64,000 nucleotides of DNA from Bdellovibrionota bacterium (GTDB lineage Bacteria > Bdellovibrionota_C > UBA2361 > JAAYZI01): assembly GCA_050950765.1 (NCBI GenBank), contig JBMNIF010000001.1, forward strand, positions 384,001-448,000, given 5' to 3'. The position numbers were made by a program, and so were the translations under genes. The notes below the pieces were generated by a model that saw nothing but the letters and a program-made list of their open reading frames with translations, had not been told where the DNA came from and made no database searches. Positions 35,841 through 47,209 of this stretch are shown here, in pieces (the stretch's first letter is position 1; the number at the start of each line of letters is the position of its first letter).

Positions 35841-37157
35841 ATGAAAAAAATCTGTTGGGCGACTGTGGTCGTCCTTTTTGCAACCATCTGCATCCTTTTC
35901 GGGCAATCCTTTTCCGAAAAGAACCAACCTCTCCCCAAAAATCTTGAGGGAGAAACGGCGTCGGTTTCTAACGACGATGGTGACGTGGTTAAAAATGATC
36001 CTACTGCTATCCCTTACGAGGAATCTTCCTCCGAAAGGGGGCAACCTTCCTTCGAAAAAGTGTTGGTCTCGACTAGCGCCGCTTCCAGTGACGAGATCTG
36101 TGGTCCTCCTAGTGATGAAATCATTAGGGGGAGTTGGCAAGCTTTTGCAGCCAAGCTCAAAAGCAATAGTCAAGGGAACTGTGCACTCGATCTGCCGTCA
36201 TTTTGGCGGATGTTCGGATTTTTAGCACAGACAGCAGAAGGTGAGACCCGAGAAAGTTTTACTAACTTTTTGGGATTCGAGTGGACTCCAGCACACTCTG
36301 CTATTGTTCGTGAAATGGGCGGAAAGTCGAATGCACTGGTCGTCTCAAAATACGCCTTGTTGCCTCTTGCTAAAGAAGCTTGTAAAGGTCTTGGAATCGA
36401 GACGGAAGAAGGGAGACCCTTAACCTTTTCTGATATTTCGGCGTTAAATGCCGAACTCGAAGAGGAGACTGGGTTCCCTAGCGTTTTACAGTTGAAAGGA
36501 GACGAAACCGTCACAGGTTTTGCTACCAGCATAGTAGACGCCCCGTGGACAGAAAAGTTTAAGGCGGATCTCGACCGAGAATTTGAGACATCTTCGGGGA
36601 AAACGGCAAAACTTCCGTTCATCTTCGGATCTGTTGCGGCTAAGGAGACGATCTTTCCTGTTCATGGTTGGTTAGTTTTAATGAAGGAGGATTATTCTCT
36701 CTTCTTGTTTGAAACTACCAATCCTGCCGATGACGTCCTTTCTCTCAAAGATACTTTCCAATTTAAAGGGGAGTGGAAAAATGTCTGGCTTCATGTGCCG
36801 GAGATTTTGTTTGAGGACGAGACGGATTTTTTAAGTTTCGTCGATCTTTCGAAAGCTGCGGAGTTTGGTATGACATTGGAAGATGTCACGATGGGAGAGC
36901 TCGGGCAGAAGATAAAGGTGGTCCTTAACAGGACTGGATTCTATTCGGTAGCCGTGACTACGTTAAGGGCTATTTCGATAATTACTAGTCTTCTGCCAGA
37001 GGCCGAAGAGGATGTCTTTATTGACTCCTCCTTCATCGCTATTCTCTTCCATAAGAATCAACCCGTTGTTATCATCTTCGTTGATGATCCGACGTTGACA
37101 CAAAGCGGGGTGAAAAGTGGAGCACAAGATGTTCCAGTTCGAACCTCTGCGATTTAA
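35841..37157 (+). CDS. Exported, divergent serpin-fold protein
   Basis: Ordered serpin-like motifs: AEGET, W-x2-KF, F-x4-G, VPE, QKIKVVLNRTG, C-terminal FVDDP. Confidence 0.65.
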   Translation: MKKICWATVVVLFATICILFGQSFSEKNQPLPKNLEGETASVSNDDGDVVKNDPTAIPYEESSSERGQPSFEKVLVSTSAASSDEICGPPSDEIIRGSWQAFAAKLKSNSQGNCALDLPSFWRMFGFLAQTAEGETRESFTNFLGFEWTPAHSAIVREMGGKSNALVVSKYALLPLAKEACKGLGIETEEGRPLTFSDISALNAELEEETGFPSVLQLKGDETVTGFATSIVDAPWTEKFKADLDREFETSSGKTAKLPFIFGSVAAKETIFPVHGWLVLMKEDYSLFLFETTNPADDVLSLKDTFQFKGEWKNVWLHVPEILFEDETDFLSFVDLSKAAEFGMTLEDVTMGELGQKIKVVLNRTGFYSVAVTTLRAISIITSLLPEAEEDVFIDSSFIAILFHKNQPVVIIFVDDPTLTQSGVKSGAQDVPVRTSAI

Positions 37158-37194
37158 GTTGATACGTCGACGAAATGAGATGAAATAGGCAAAA

Positions 37195-37266
37195 CTAGCT
37201 GCATCTCTAATCGTTTAAGCGGTTGAGGTGTGGCTCTAACCGTTTAAGTGGTTGAGGTGTAGCTAG
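37195..37266 (+). terminator. Duplicated hairpin after the serpin-like gene
   Basis: CTCTAAYCGTTTAAGYGGTTGAGGTGT twice within CTAGCT…AGCTAG. Confidence 0.5.
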
Positions 37267-37387
37267 TGGGGTAGATATCTTTGTTTCTTAGGTTTTTTCG
37301 ATTGTCAAGAACTGATACCTACCTCCATTTTTCTTATTTTACGATAGTTTTCTTGCAAATCTGTTTATTTTTAAAAAGAAAATTACT

Positions 37388-37756
37388 TTAAAAAGTACAT
37401 TTTTCAGTCGAGATATGTTTACTAAATGTTTTTGCTTTGACAGTTCCTATGCCATGAACGATCTTTAAGGCTTCATATTTTTTAGCTTGTGGTAGGGTCT
37501 TCTCGTATTGAGCAATCTCTTGTTTCTTTTCCAATAAACGTTCTGCTAATTCATATGAGATGCCTGTAATAAGTTGCAATTCATATAAATCCGTTGAACA
37601 AAGATCTAACTTTTCTCCTTTAGCAAGGAGGGCTTCTCCGTTTTGTGGCGGATCTTTTTGAGCCACCTCCTTTTTTATAAAATAGTGGAACGGAATCTCT
37701 TTAACTAGCAAAAAAAATAGAATGAATACAGCAAAGCAGAGGTAACGGTGTGACAT
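37388..37756 (-). CDS. Membrane-anchored helix-hairpin-helix (ComEA-like) protein
   Basis: LQLITGIS and VHGIG HhH motifs, N-terminal TM. Confidence 0.7.
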   Translation of the reverse strand: MSHRYLCFAVFILFFLLVKEIPFHYFIKKEVAQKDPPQNGEALLAKGEKLDLCSTDLYELQLITGISYELAERLLEKKQEIAQYEKTLPQAKKYEALKIVHGIGTVKAKTFSKHISTEKCTF

Positions 37757-37876
37757 CTGACAAAATCCTTAATAACTAAAATATCCATACGAAGAATTGC
37801 TATCTATATTATATATCGGATTTTACCGTTAAGTCGTTGCGTGAAGAAAATGATTTTAATCAAAGGAAGTTGAAGG

Positions 37877-38046
37877 AAGTTGGACACCCACCTTTTGGGG
37901 AGGTGTGAATAGAACGCTAAAGGTGGGTGTCCGAATTGCAGCTAGGTATCTGAATTATTGTTAAAAGTGGGTGTCCAAATTACGGTTCTGGCAAGAGTGG
38001 GCGTCATAATGGGAGGATAAATTGTGGTTAAAGTGGGTGTCCTAGT
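37877..38046. repeat. REPIN-like doublet and extra GGGTGTCC cores
   Basis: Resembles 35455-35516 including its spacer. Confidence 0.85.
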
Positions 38047-38053
38047 TAGTGCT

Positions 38054-38353
38054 TTAAGCCACTACGTTAAGTGTTTTTGTGTTGCCGCCCTCTTTATTCT
38101 CAGCCTCACTGTCAGGTACCTCTTTTTGCGAAGCAAAAGAGCCTTCAGATCTAGCCTGTTCCCTTTTAATAGTGCGTTTTTCATCAGAAACAGAGACTTT
38201 CGATGAACGTTCTGCTGCGACCGTGCTAATTTGTGCTAATACGTGTCCTGAAACCTCTCCTTGAGAAAGACCATTTGCGGCGTGAGGTTGTTGCACCTGC
38301 TGATTTACCTGAGAGGCTGCAATGGAGATAGATGCTGAAATAGGAGAAGTCAT
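38054..38353 (-). CDS. Hypothetical protein, probably in sigma28 regulon
   Basis: GGAGG SD; upstream sigma28 promoter. Confidence 0.7.
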   Translation of the reverse strand: MTSPISASISIAASQVNQQVQQPHAANGLSQGEVSGHVLAQISTVAAERSSKVSVSDEKRTIKREQARSEGSFASQKEVPDSEAENKEGGNTKTLNVVA

Positions 38354-38447
38354 TTTGTATACACCTCCATGTTTTTTAGTTGTCTATAAGTGCTATAGAA
38401 CGGTAAATATCTCGAAATATCTCAACTTTTTTACTTATTAATTGATC

Positions 38448-38474
38448 GTATCGGTAATATGCGTGAAAACTTTA
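38448..38474 (-). promoter_or_regulatory. Sigma28 promoter
   Basis: TAAAGTTT-N11-ACCGATAC on the minus strand. Confidence 0.7.
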
Positions 38475-38826
38475 GCTTTTTCTTGCTATAAAATTATGAA
38501 ACCGTTTGCGCTTACAAAAAAGTAACATATTGTAAATATTGAGAGTATCTATTTATAGACTATAAGCAAACGTATTACGAGCAGAGTATAAACGTACTCA
38601 AAGAAGAAAATAGGCTGCTAAAGGAGGAGAGGTGGTAGTTAAGATTCGATCTGATTTCTGAATTTTTTACCTTGAAATCGGCTATCAATGAACTTAACGT
38701 TTTGAAATGTAAGGGAAAGTTTTAAAAAGATCATTAGAAAAAGTAGCTACGGCATAAATTGGAATTAAACTTTATCAACATTCTTATATAGTTATAGTAA
38801 ATGAGGAGCTTATCTCTGATGCCGTC

Positions 38827-38980
38827 GAAGTTTAAAATTTGACTAAAAGTGGGTGTCCTTTTTGAGATCGTGTTGAGAGTTTTGCAATTAAGGAGTTTGA
38901 ACCTTCACAAATACAATAATTTAATAATATCAAAGCATTGGCAGAAGTACAAAATTTAGCTAAAAGTGGGTGTCCTAAAT
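38827..38980 (+). repeat. IHF-site module ending in AAAGTGGGTGTCC, twice
   Basis: Matches 39975-40060. Confidence 0.8.
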
Positions 38981-39024
38981 AGGTATTTTAAAAATATTGT
39001 TTATTTATATGGAGAAAAAACAGA

Positions 39025-39339
39025 ATGATCATAACTAATATTGAAAAGCTTTCGAATATGGAGATCATTGAACACTACGGAATAGTCTCAGGAAGCACAG
39101 TTCGTTCTAAAAATTTTCTTAAAGATTTCTTCGCAGGTATTAAAAATTTGTTTGGAGGAGAACTTAAGACATATACACACCTCCTTAACGAAAGCAGGAG
39201 GGAAGCTACTCTCAGAATGATAAAGCAGGCTGAGCAGTTGGGCGCAAATGCCGTTATAAATGTGAGGTTTGCAACTTCCTCGATCACTTCCGGAGCTTCT
39301 GAAATCTATGTTTATGGTACAGCTGTTAAGGTTCGATAA
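39025..39339 (+). CDS. YbjQ (UPF0145) family protein
   Basis: GGELKTY, GANAVINVRF, YGTAV. Confidence 0.92.
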   Translation: MIITNIEKLSNMEIIEHYGIVSGSTVRSKNFLKDFFAGIKNLFGGELKTYTHLLNESRREATLRMIKQAEQLGANAVINVRFATSSITSGASEIYVYGTAVKVR

Positions 39340-39365
39340 AAATAAAATAATTAAAAGGAGTTTAA

Positions 39366-39818
39366 ATGGATTTTTACCTTCTTCTCTGTATCTGTCTGTT
39401 CATAGCGCTTGTTGTTGGAACCTTAATTGAAAAGTGGGATTATAGAAAAATTAGGAAAAGAGAAAAAGCGTTATTACCTCTTCCTGCTGTCACTTTCGAA
39501 GAAGATGTGCTGGAGGTGAGACCTATAAAAGATGCCAAACTTGTTACGGGCATCTCTGTTGTGGCAAGTGATTTTTTTAAAGTTTTTGTAGGTTTTCTCC
39601 TTTCAATATTAGGTGGAAGGCTCTCTACCTATGAGTCAATACTTGATCGAGCCAGAAGGAAGGCTTTGATAAAGATGAAAGAGCAGGCTGGCGATGCTGA
39701 TATTATCATTAACACTAGGCTTGAATCTGTGATGTTGTTTAATACTAAAGGTCGCAAAAGACCCATACCAAAAGTATCTGTCTTGGCTTATGGCACAGCC
39801 ATTACTTATGAAAAATAA
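39366..39818 (+). CDS. YbjQ-like membrane-anchored protein
   Basis: GGRLSTYESILDRARR, AYGTA. Confidence 0.85.
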   Translation: MDFYLLLCICLFIALVVGTLIEKWDYRKIRKREKALLPLPAVTFEEDVLEVRPIKDAKLVTGISVVASDFFKVFVGFLLSILGGRLSTYESILDRARRKALIKMKEQAGDADIIINTRLESVMLFNTKGRKRPIPKVSVLAYGTAITYEK

Positions 39819-39911
39819 AAAGGTTTTCCCCCTGACTTTTTAGTTTTTTTGTCTAAATTTGCCTATCAACAAAGTTAATATGTTAAAATATAAGGTCGAA
39901 TGGATTGAGAT

Positions 39912-40062
39912 CCCCCTTCAGCTGCGGGCTTGAAAATTGGTGTCACTCATCTTTTAAGCGCTTTACGATCAAGGGACTTAAACTTTAAAACTGAAACAAT
40001 TTAATAATATCAAGGCATTAGCAGAAGTTTAAAATTTGACTAAAAGTGGGTGTCCTAATTGA
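39912..40062 (+). repeat. Degenerate ~125 bp repeat unit
   Basis: TTGGTGTCACTC…TATCAAGGCATTA…AAAGTGGGTGTCC. Confidence 0.75.
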
Positions 40063-40316
40063 GGTCGCAGCGGAAGTAGGTGAACTGGTGCTAAAATGAA
40101 GAAAGAAAAAGTATTTGGGTTTCTGTCTGTGGCTTGCGAAAAAGGGGTAATTATGACCTAATCTTCGTTAGTTTTTATCCTTATGGTCGTTTTTCAGAAT
40201 TATATTATTGCAATGGATGAAAGTTGGCGATCATTTTTCTCTATTTTGATGCGATAAAATAAGCTTTTTATTAAAATTCAACAGAAACTACTTATAGAAA
40301 ATAAAGGGGCTCTTTT

Positions 40317-41132
40317 GTGAAGTATGCTAATTTAGATAAACAGCAGCAGCTGCTGGAGAGTAATATAAATGTAAGTAAAGACGGAGACCTTAAGGTTTTT
40401 TTAAGGGCATGCTTAAAGATAACGTTTGGCATAGTCTGTTTCGTCCTTATTGCAGATCTCGCAGCACAATACTTTATTTTAAACATGTCAGTATCTACAC
40501 AACAAAAAATTGAGGATGCCATTGCGAGCTTAATGCCCATTCCCTCAAAAAGTGAAGAGGACTTCCCTCTACTTGAAACAGCTAATAAAATAAAAGAACG
40601 TATTGTCTCTGATTTTGATAAAGATCTCCCGTCTGATCGTTTTAACTTCCGTGTTGTTAATTCTAAAGAAGCTGGAGCTAATGCCTTTGTCGCTCCTGAT
40701 GGGAGGATCTATTTTACCAAAGAGCTACTGGATCTAATAGGATCTGATGAAGAGATCTTGGCGTTTGTTGTGGCGCATGAGGTAGGGCATTATAAAAATC
40801 GTGATCACTTAAGAAAGGTAGGGCGCGGATTTATTATTCTCGGTGGTTCCTTGCTTCTTTCTGATGCAGGTTCTGCCACCTACTTTAGCGACTTTTTGTT
40901 TGACCTTTTGACTATGGGGTATTCAAGAGACGCAGAAAAAAAAGCAGATCGCTATGCTTCTGACTTTATGATGAAGGTTTATAATTCCAATCGAGGTGCG
41001 ATTGATTTTTTTACTAAAAGCGGGGATCCCGATTCTCAGTCAAAGGTCAATGATTATTTTTCATCTCATCCGTCAGATAAAACGAGAGTAAAGTACCTCC
41101 TAAAATGGGGGAAGGAGAACAAAGAAAAATAG
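40317..41132 (+). CDS. M48 family zinc metallopeptidase
   Basis: NAF, HEVGH, YSRDAEKKAD, SSHP. Confidence 0.92.
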   Translation: MKYANLDKQQQLLESNINVSKDGDLKVFLRACLKITFGIVCFVLIADLAAQYFILNMSVSTQQKIEDAIASLMPIPSKSEEDFPLLETANKIKERIVSDFDKDLPSDRFNFRVVNSKEAGANAFVAPDGRIYFTKELLDLIGSDEEILAFVVAHEVGHYKNRDHLRKVGRGFIILGGSLLLSDAGSATYFSDFLFDLLTMGYSRDAEKKADRYASDFMMKVYNSNRGAIDFFTKSGDPDSQSKVNDYFSSHPSDKTRVKYLLKWGKENKEK

Positions 41133-41195
41133 CTTTCCCCTTAAACTTAAGTTGTAAAGTGCCTAATACCTTTTCTAATTTCTGACAGCGCCCCT

Positions 41196-42005
41196 ATTGG
41201 TGCCACCCATCAGGGACAACAGAACGGGGTGCAACTGAAAAGCGGGATCGGCTAGGTCTGTACGAAGGTTAAAAAAATTGGTGCCACCCACCAGTAAAAA
41301 GTGGGTGTCCCAATTAGCATCTAATATTGTAAATAGGACATCCAAAATCTAAAATTATAACATCTAGTAATATCAAGACATTAGCAAAGCTTAGAATTTG
41401 GCAGTTCTGGTGCCACCCTTCAGCGTCGCAGACGTTCTGCACTGCAAATAGGACATCCAAAATCTAAAATCACAACATCTAATATTATCAATATGTTAGC
41501 AAAAATTAGTGTTCGGCAGTTTTGGTCCCACCCTTTAGGGACGGTTGAACCCACTAGGGACAGCCGAACGGGGTGCAACTAAAAAACAAATTGGCTAGGT
41601 CTCTACGGAGGTAAAAAGTGGGTGTCCTAATTGGCTTGGACGGCTAGATGCTGGTGCCACCCACCAGTGGCGGTACCCTTCGGTGACAATTGGACGGGCT
41701 GAAACTAAAAAGCAAGTCAGCTAGATTTCCACGGGGGTTAAAAATTTGGTGCCACCCTTCAGGGACGACAGAACGGGCTCAAACAGAAGAGTGGATCGGC
41801 TAGGTCTGTACGGAGGTTAAAAATTGGTGCCACCCACCAGTGGCGGTACCCTTCGGTGACAATTGGACGGGCTGATACCAAAAAATGAGTCAGCTAGATT
41901 TCTACGGGGGTAAAAGGTGGGTGTCCTATTTACGAGATGACGATTGAGCGGGTTGCAACTGCAGAGCAAGTCAGCTTGCGGGGGTAAAAAGTGGGTGTCC
42001 TTTTT
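41196..42005. repeat. Mosaic repeat cluster 7
   Basis: ~7 GGTGCCACCC and ~6 B-type cores with re-used modules. Confidence 0.9.
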
Positions 42006-42166
42006 ATATTCTCCTAGTAAGGTATAAAAATCAAAGTGTTATAGTGGCGGCAGGGGTATTTCAAAACTCAAATGGGTTGCATGGAGCAGCTATTACGGTT
42101 ATAAACACGGCTGCTAGGCGGGGTCTTAAAATTTGTTTTTTATCTGTTTTTTTAGGAGGTAGATTC

Positions 42167-43102
42167 TTGATTACTGCTAAAGGTCTTACCAGAAAGTACG
42201 GTGAGTTTACTGCTGTTAATGATGTCTCTTTTACTATTCCGAACGGTCAAGTTGTTGGTTTGTTAGGGCATAATGGTGCTGGAAAAACCACTATTATGAA
42301 GATGTTGACAGGTTTTATTGAGCCGACTTCAGGAACTGCTACGATTGATGGATTGGATGTTGTAGTGGATCGTTTGGCTGTGCAGGAAAAAGTTGGCTAT
42401 CTTCCAGAAGTCTCTCCGTTATATCCAGAGCTGACTGTCGCTGAGTATTTGGAGTATGTGGCAGCCTTGCGTGGGATCCCTTCTCAGGAAGTTGTAGGGT
42501 TGATAAAAGAGGCTGTCGAACGAACCTCTCTCGCAACGAAACTTACTGCGCAGATTTCAACTCTTTCAAAAGGGTATAAGCAACGTTTGGGCGTAGCACA
42601 AGCTATTATGCATAATCCGGATATTCTGGTGCTTGATGAACCGACCAGCGGACTAGATCCTTCGCAAATAAATGAAATGCGTTCTTTGTTACGTTCCCTA
42701 AGTAGTACCAGTACTGTCATTATCTCTACGCATATTTTGCAAGAAGTAGAGGCGATGTGCGACCGCGTAATCATCATTTATAACGGCGAAGTGGCGGCAG
42801 ATGCTAATCTTGAAGAGCTAAGATCAATGAATTGCGTTATCGCAGAAATTGACAAAAATAATGATGAGGTTCAACGAGTTTATCGTAGTGTGGAAGGGGT
42901 ACTTGATGTGCGCTTCCTTGATTGGACAGATGGGCGGCATCGTTATGAGATAAAGACTCGTGATAATCCCCTCTCTATTATTCCACGCTTGTCGTATACA
43001 GCAATTTCTAGCGGCTGGCAGCTTTTTCAGATCGGACAGGAACGTAGAACATTGGAAGCTGTTTTCCGTGAAATAAATATCTCTGCTGAAGAAACACGAT
43101 AG
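42167..43102 (+). CDS. ABC transporter ATP-binding protein (GldA-like)
   Basis: [28 protein letters not shown] before TTG 42167. Confidence 0.93.
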   Translation: MITAKGLTRKYGEFTAVNDVSFTIPNGQVVGLLGHNGAGKTTIMKMLTGFIEPTSGTATIDGLDVVVDRLAVQEKVGYLPEVSPLYPELTVAEYLEYVAALRGIPSQEVVGLIKEAVERTSLATKLTAQISTLSKGYKQRLGVAQAIMHNPDILVLDEPTSGLDPSQINEMRSLLRSLSSTSTVIISTHILQEVEAMCDRVIIIYNGEVAADANLEELRSMNCVIAEIDKNNDEVQRVYRSVEGVLDVRFLDWTDGRHRYEIKTRDNPLSIIPRLSYTAISSGWQLFQIGQERRTLEAVFREINISAEETR

Positions 43103-43166
43103 TGCGTTCATTGAAGATACTTAAGAGTTTATTGAAGTAACAAACCAATATCAATTTGAGGTTTTT

Positions 43167-46076
43167 ATGTGTGATAAAATTAACGCAGTAGCAAAAAAAG
43201 AGTTGGGGATTTATTTTACATCCCCCGTTGCTCTGATCTTTTTAGGGGTCTTTCTACTTATCTCCATGTTTACCTTCTTCTGGGTCGAAGGATTTTTTGC
43301 CAGAAACGTTGTCGACATTCGACCTCTCTTTGATTGGATGCCGCTACTATTAATCTTTCTAGTCTCGGCTTTAACTATGCGTAGCTGGAGCGAAGAACGT
43401 CGTTCGGGAACGATAGAGCTACTTTTAACAACACCCGTTAAACCGCTACACCTTGTTTTGGGGAAGTTTGTGGCATGCCTTACATTGGTTTGTATTGCAT
43501 TGGCTTTAACGGTTGTTATCCCTATCGCCGTTTCGAATATGGGTAATCTTGATTGGGGCCCCGTTATCGGAGGGTATATTGCGGCAGTGCTACTTGCTTC
43601 CGCTTATATTTCAATCGGTCTTTTCGTCAGCTCTAGGACTGATAACCAAGTTGTTAGTTTAATTATTTCGATAGCGATCTGTTATGGTCTATATCTTTTC
43701 GGATCAGCTACGATTGCACCCCTTTTAGGGAATCGTCTCTCTGAGGTCTTTAGATTAATTGGTAGCGGTTCTCGTTTTGATTCAGTCGGACGTGGAGTGA
43801 TCGATTTTAGAGATCTCTATTATTATCTTAGTCTGGTTGCTGTGTTTTTGACTTTAAATGTTCTCTCACTCGAGACAGGAAGATGGACGAAAAATGCTAA
43901 AACTTCTCGTCATTTTGAGGTTAAACTTTTTGCCTGTTTGTTAATTTTAAATTTCATAACGGCGAACTTTTGGCTAAACAGTGTGACGTGGGCACGCATA
44001 GATCTGACTGATGGTAATATTTATACGATATCACCTGCAACGGAGTCAGTTTTGAAACAGGTTCGAGAACCTCTCCTTATTCGTGGATATTTTAGTGAAA
44101 AAACACACCCCTTACTCGCTCCATTAGTTCCGCAGATTCGAGATATGTTGAAAGAATATCAGATTGCGGGTAAAGGCAAGGTACGATCTGAGTTTATAGA
44201 TCCGCGCGATAATCCAGATTTAGAAGGGGAAGCCTCTGAAAAATACGCCATCAAGCCTGTTCCATTTCGCATTGATGGCAAAAATGAGACCTCGTTGGTT
44301 AATACATATTTTCACGTCCTTATAAAATATGGAGATAAAAATGAAGTTCTTTCATTTGGAGACCTGATAGAGGTTAAGCCTGGTTCTCGTGGTGAAGATC
44401 TCGATGTTAAACTAAAAAATCTTGAATACGATCTCACGCGCAGTATTAAAAAGGTGCTTTATGGTTTTCAAGGAACAGACGCTTTGTTTGCAGCGATGAA
44501 TCACCCTGTTGAGTTCGTCGGTTATATTTCAAACAAGAATATTTTACCCGAAAAATTAGCAAAGTTCAGTGATGAGATCCGTACGATAGCCGACGAATTT
44601 AAAAATCAATCAGATGGAAAATTCAATGTTTCATTTGTTGAGCCTGAAGCAGATAACGGAAAAGTTGCTAGAGAGATTAATGAGATCTATCAGTTTAAGC
44701 CGATGATATCGAGCCTCTTTGATCCGCAACCGTATTACTTTTATATGGTTGTACGTGATGCCGATAAGGCGGTGCAAGTGCCGCTTCCTGGTGACTTATC
44801 GCCTGAGATGGCTAAAAAAACGATTGAAGCAGCTTTAAAACGTTTCGGTAAGGGGTTTTTAAAGACAATAGGCATTTATACACCGCCGCTACCTGCACCG
44901 CAGCAAAATCCGTATCTGCACCGTTTTATGCAGTCTCAAGGCAGACATTTTTCAGCGCTTTCTGCAAAGCTTTCTCAGAACTACTCCTTGGAAAGCTTAG
45001 ATCTGAAGAAAGGGATAGTTCCGGAAAATGTGGATATTATGTTGTTAGTTGCACCGGAACAATTCAATGAAAAAGAGCTTTTTGCGCTTGATCAATTTTT
45101 GATGCGTGGCGGAACTGTTATATTGGCTACTTCGCCGTATGTGGTTGATGCGCCATCAGAGATGAATCCGAGCAGTGGCTTCACCGTTAAAGATAAGGTC
45201 AGTGGTCTCGAAGCGTGGTTGGAAAATTATGGCATCTCCATTCCTAAAAAATTTGTTTTAGATCCGCAGTGTGATCGTTTTATCGTTGCGGTGCAAAATC
45301 AAAATCAGAGGATTAGGGGTGTAAATTATGAATTAAAAGAGTATCCGTATTTCGTTTCCGTGCGTGGTGCAGGACTGAATGAAGATAGCCAGATACTTGG
45401 TGGCTTGTCACAAATTTCAATGGGGTGGTCTTCTCCTATTGTTGTGGATAGCGTTAAGAATGCAGATAGAAAGACAACAAATATCTTAATGTCGAGTCCA
45501 GAATCTTGGCTCTCTTCTTCTAAAAATATTATGCCTGATTATGATATTTCGCCCCGTTTCGGAGTTGTTCCCGAAGGACTTAGAGGAAAATATGTTTTAG
45601 GAGTTGCTGTTAAGGGTGTCTTTGATTCTTATTTTAAGGATAAAGAATCTCCACTTGTTGTTAAAGAGCAAAAGAGTGATGCAGAAGGTGAAGAGTCGAA
45701 AGAAGTTGATGATCAGGTTTTTAGTGGTCAGATCGATCGTTCGGCAGAGTCAGCGCAGATTGTGGTGTACTCTTCTGCTGAATTCTTAACGGATGAGACG
45801 TTACAGATCTTTGCTTCTATCAATAGCAATGCCTACATCAATGCACTGCAGTTAGTTGAGAACACTGTGGACTGGGCTCTGGAAGATCCAGTTTTATTGA
45901 GCATTCGTGCACGTGAAAGGTTTGCTCGTACACTTTTGCCGATGTCTAATACAACCAAGATGTTTTGGGAGTTTGTTTTCTGTTACGGCGGTTCTTTAGT
46001 AGGTCTTTTAATTGTGTTCTTGTTGTACAAATGGCGTCGATCTTTACGTGCTTCAAAATGGGCGCGCTATGCTTGA
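43167..46076 (+). CDS. Fused GldF/GldG-type ABC permease plus auxiliary domain
   Basis: EERRSGTIELL, RIDLT, EYDLT, LDQFLMRGG. Confidence 0.88.
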   Translation: MCDKINAVAKKELGIYFTSPVALIFLGVFLLISMFTFFWVEGFFARNVVDIRPLFDWMPLLLIFLVSALTMRSWSEERRSGTIELLLTTPVKPLHLVLGKFVACLTLVCIALALTVVIPIAVSNMGNLDWGPVIGGYIAAVLLASAYISIGLFVSSRTDNQVVSLIISIAICYGLYLFGSATIAPLLGNRLSEVFRLIGSGSRFDSVGRGVIDFRDLYYYLSLVAVFLTLNVLSLETGRWTKNAKTSRHFEVKLFACLLILNFITANFWLNSVTWARIDLTDGNIYTISPATESVLKQVREPLLIRGYFSEKTHPLLAPLVPQIRDMLKEYQIAGKGKVRSEFIDPRDNPDLEGEASEKYAIKPVPFRIDGKNETSLVNTYFHVLIKYGDKNEVLSFGDLIEVKPGSRGEDLDVKLKNLEYDLTRSIKKVLYGFQGTDALFAAMNHPVEFVGYISNKNILPEKLAKFSDEIRTIADEFKNQSDGKFNVSFVEPEADNGKVAREINEIYQFKPMISSLFDPQPYYFYMVVRDADKAVQVPLPGDLSPEMAKKTIEAALKRFGKGFLKTIGIYTPPLPAPQQNPYLHRFMQSQGRHFSALSAKLSQNYSLESLDLKKGIVPENVDIMLLVAPEQFNEKELFALDQFLMRGGTVILATSPYVVDAPSEMNPSSGFTVKDKVSGLEAWLENYGISIPKKFVLDPQCDRFIVAVQNQNQRIRGVNYELKEYPYFVSVRGAGLNEDSQILGGLSQISMGWSSPIVVDSVKNADRKTTNILMSSPESWLSSSKNIMPDYDISPRFGVVPEGLRGKYVLGVAVKGVFDSYFKDKESPLVVKEQKSDAEGEESKEVDDQVFSGQIDRSAESAQIVVYSSAEFLTDETLQIFASINSNAYINALQLVENTVDWALEDPVLLSIRARERFARTLLPMSNTTKMFWEFVFCYGGSLVGLLIVFLLYKWRRSLRASKWARYA

Positions 46077-46141
46077 GAAAGGTGACACACAAAAAAGCAT
46101 GGTGAATGTCAATTAAAGATATTTATAGCAGGAGATAAGTT

Positions 46142-47209
46142 ATGTCACGGAATGTAGTTTTGGCGATTCTTTTAGTTGCTCAATTAGCTTTAGTTACCCT
46201 TATTTGTTGTCGTTCCGGAGATAAGATGTCCGCTTTTGTTTCGGATGAAAAGCTGATGAATTTTGAAGTATCTGCGATTGATGAAATAGATATCAAGGTA
46301 CCTGATCAGGAGTTGCTTACGTTTAAAAAAACAGCCGGAGCTTGGGAGATCGCTACAGGTGATGGGTTCCCTGTTGCTCAAAAAAAAGTTGAACACCTTT
46401 TAAAACAACTTTCAGACTTAACGAAAGGTTGGCCTGTTGGTGTTACTGAAGTAGCGGCGAAAGAGTTTAAAACAGATGCCGTTGGTTTTGCTAAAAAATT
46501 AACATTAAAATCAGACGGTGCAATTAAGTCGGAATTGTATTTAGGAACCTCTCCAGCGCTACGGGCAGTTCATGCACGAGTTGATGGAGACGATAACACA
46601 TATTCTATACCACTTAATGCTTATGAGCTTTCAGAAAAAAATGAAGATTGGCAAGATCGTGAGGTACTGCGTGTTGAAAAAGAGAAGATAAAAACGATCT
46701 CACTAAATGGCTTTTCACTTAAAAAAGATGAAAAAGCTGAAGGAGGTTTTGTTTTAAGCGATCTGACAACTCTTGAAAAAATGAAAAAAAGTGCAGTGGT
46801 GTCGCTTCTTGATAAGATAACAGGGCTCCGTTTTTTTAAGGTTCTTGGAAAAGAAAATAAAGCTGAATACAAACAGGACACACCGATCTTTACTTTTTCT
46901 GTCACTACACTTGATGATAAAAAGATAGATTATATCGTTTCTCCTTCTATTGATGACAAGTTGTATATCATAAAAAGTTCTGCGGTGCCTTTTTATTTTG
47001 CTTCAGCAGTACCACCATTGGATGCTCTTAAAAATTTAAAACGTGCTGATTTACTGGATGTAAAAAAACCTGAAGAAGCTCTTCCAACACCTACGTCGAC
47101 GATCGCTCCAGTGCCGACAGAGGTTGTGACATCGCAGGAAGTTGAGGTGGCTGATACTTCGACGGAGAGTCCGTCAGCATCGGCAACAGCAGAAGAGGTG
47201 GCGAGATAA
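46142..47209 (+). CDS. DUF4340-like periplasmic protein
   Basis: N-terminal TM; usual partner of Gld-type ABC genes. Confidence 0.75.
   Translation: MSRNVVLAILLVAQLALVTLICCRSGDKMSAFVSDEKLMNFEVSAIDEIDIKVPDQELLTFKKTAGAWEIATGDGFPVAQKKVEHLLKQLSDLTKGWPVGVTEVAAKEFKTDAVGFAKKLTLKSDGAIKSELYLGTSPALRAVHARVDGDDNTYSIPLNAYELSEKNEDWQDREVLRVEKEKIKTISLNGFSLKKDEKAEGGFVLSDLTTLEKMKKSAVVSLLDKITGLRFFKVLGKENKAEYKQDTPIFTFSVTTLDDKKIDYIVSPSIDDKLYIIKSSAVPFYFASAVPPLDALKNLKRADLLDVKKPEEALPTPTSTIAPVPTEVVTSQEVEVADTSTESPSASATAEEVAR

Noticed and set aside
35823..36622. Overlapping alternative ORFs in the serpin-like gene
   Set aside because: Shadow frames of the longer ORF that has SD and signal peptide
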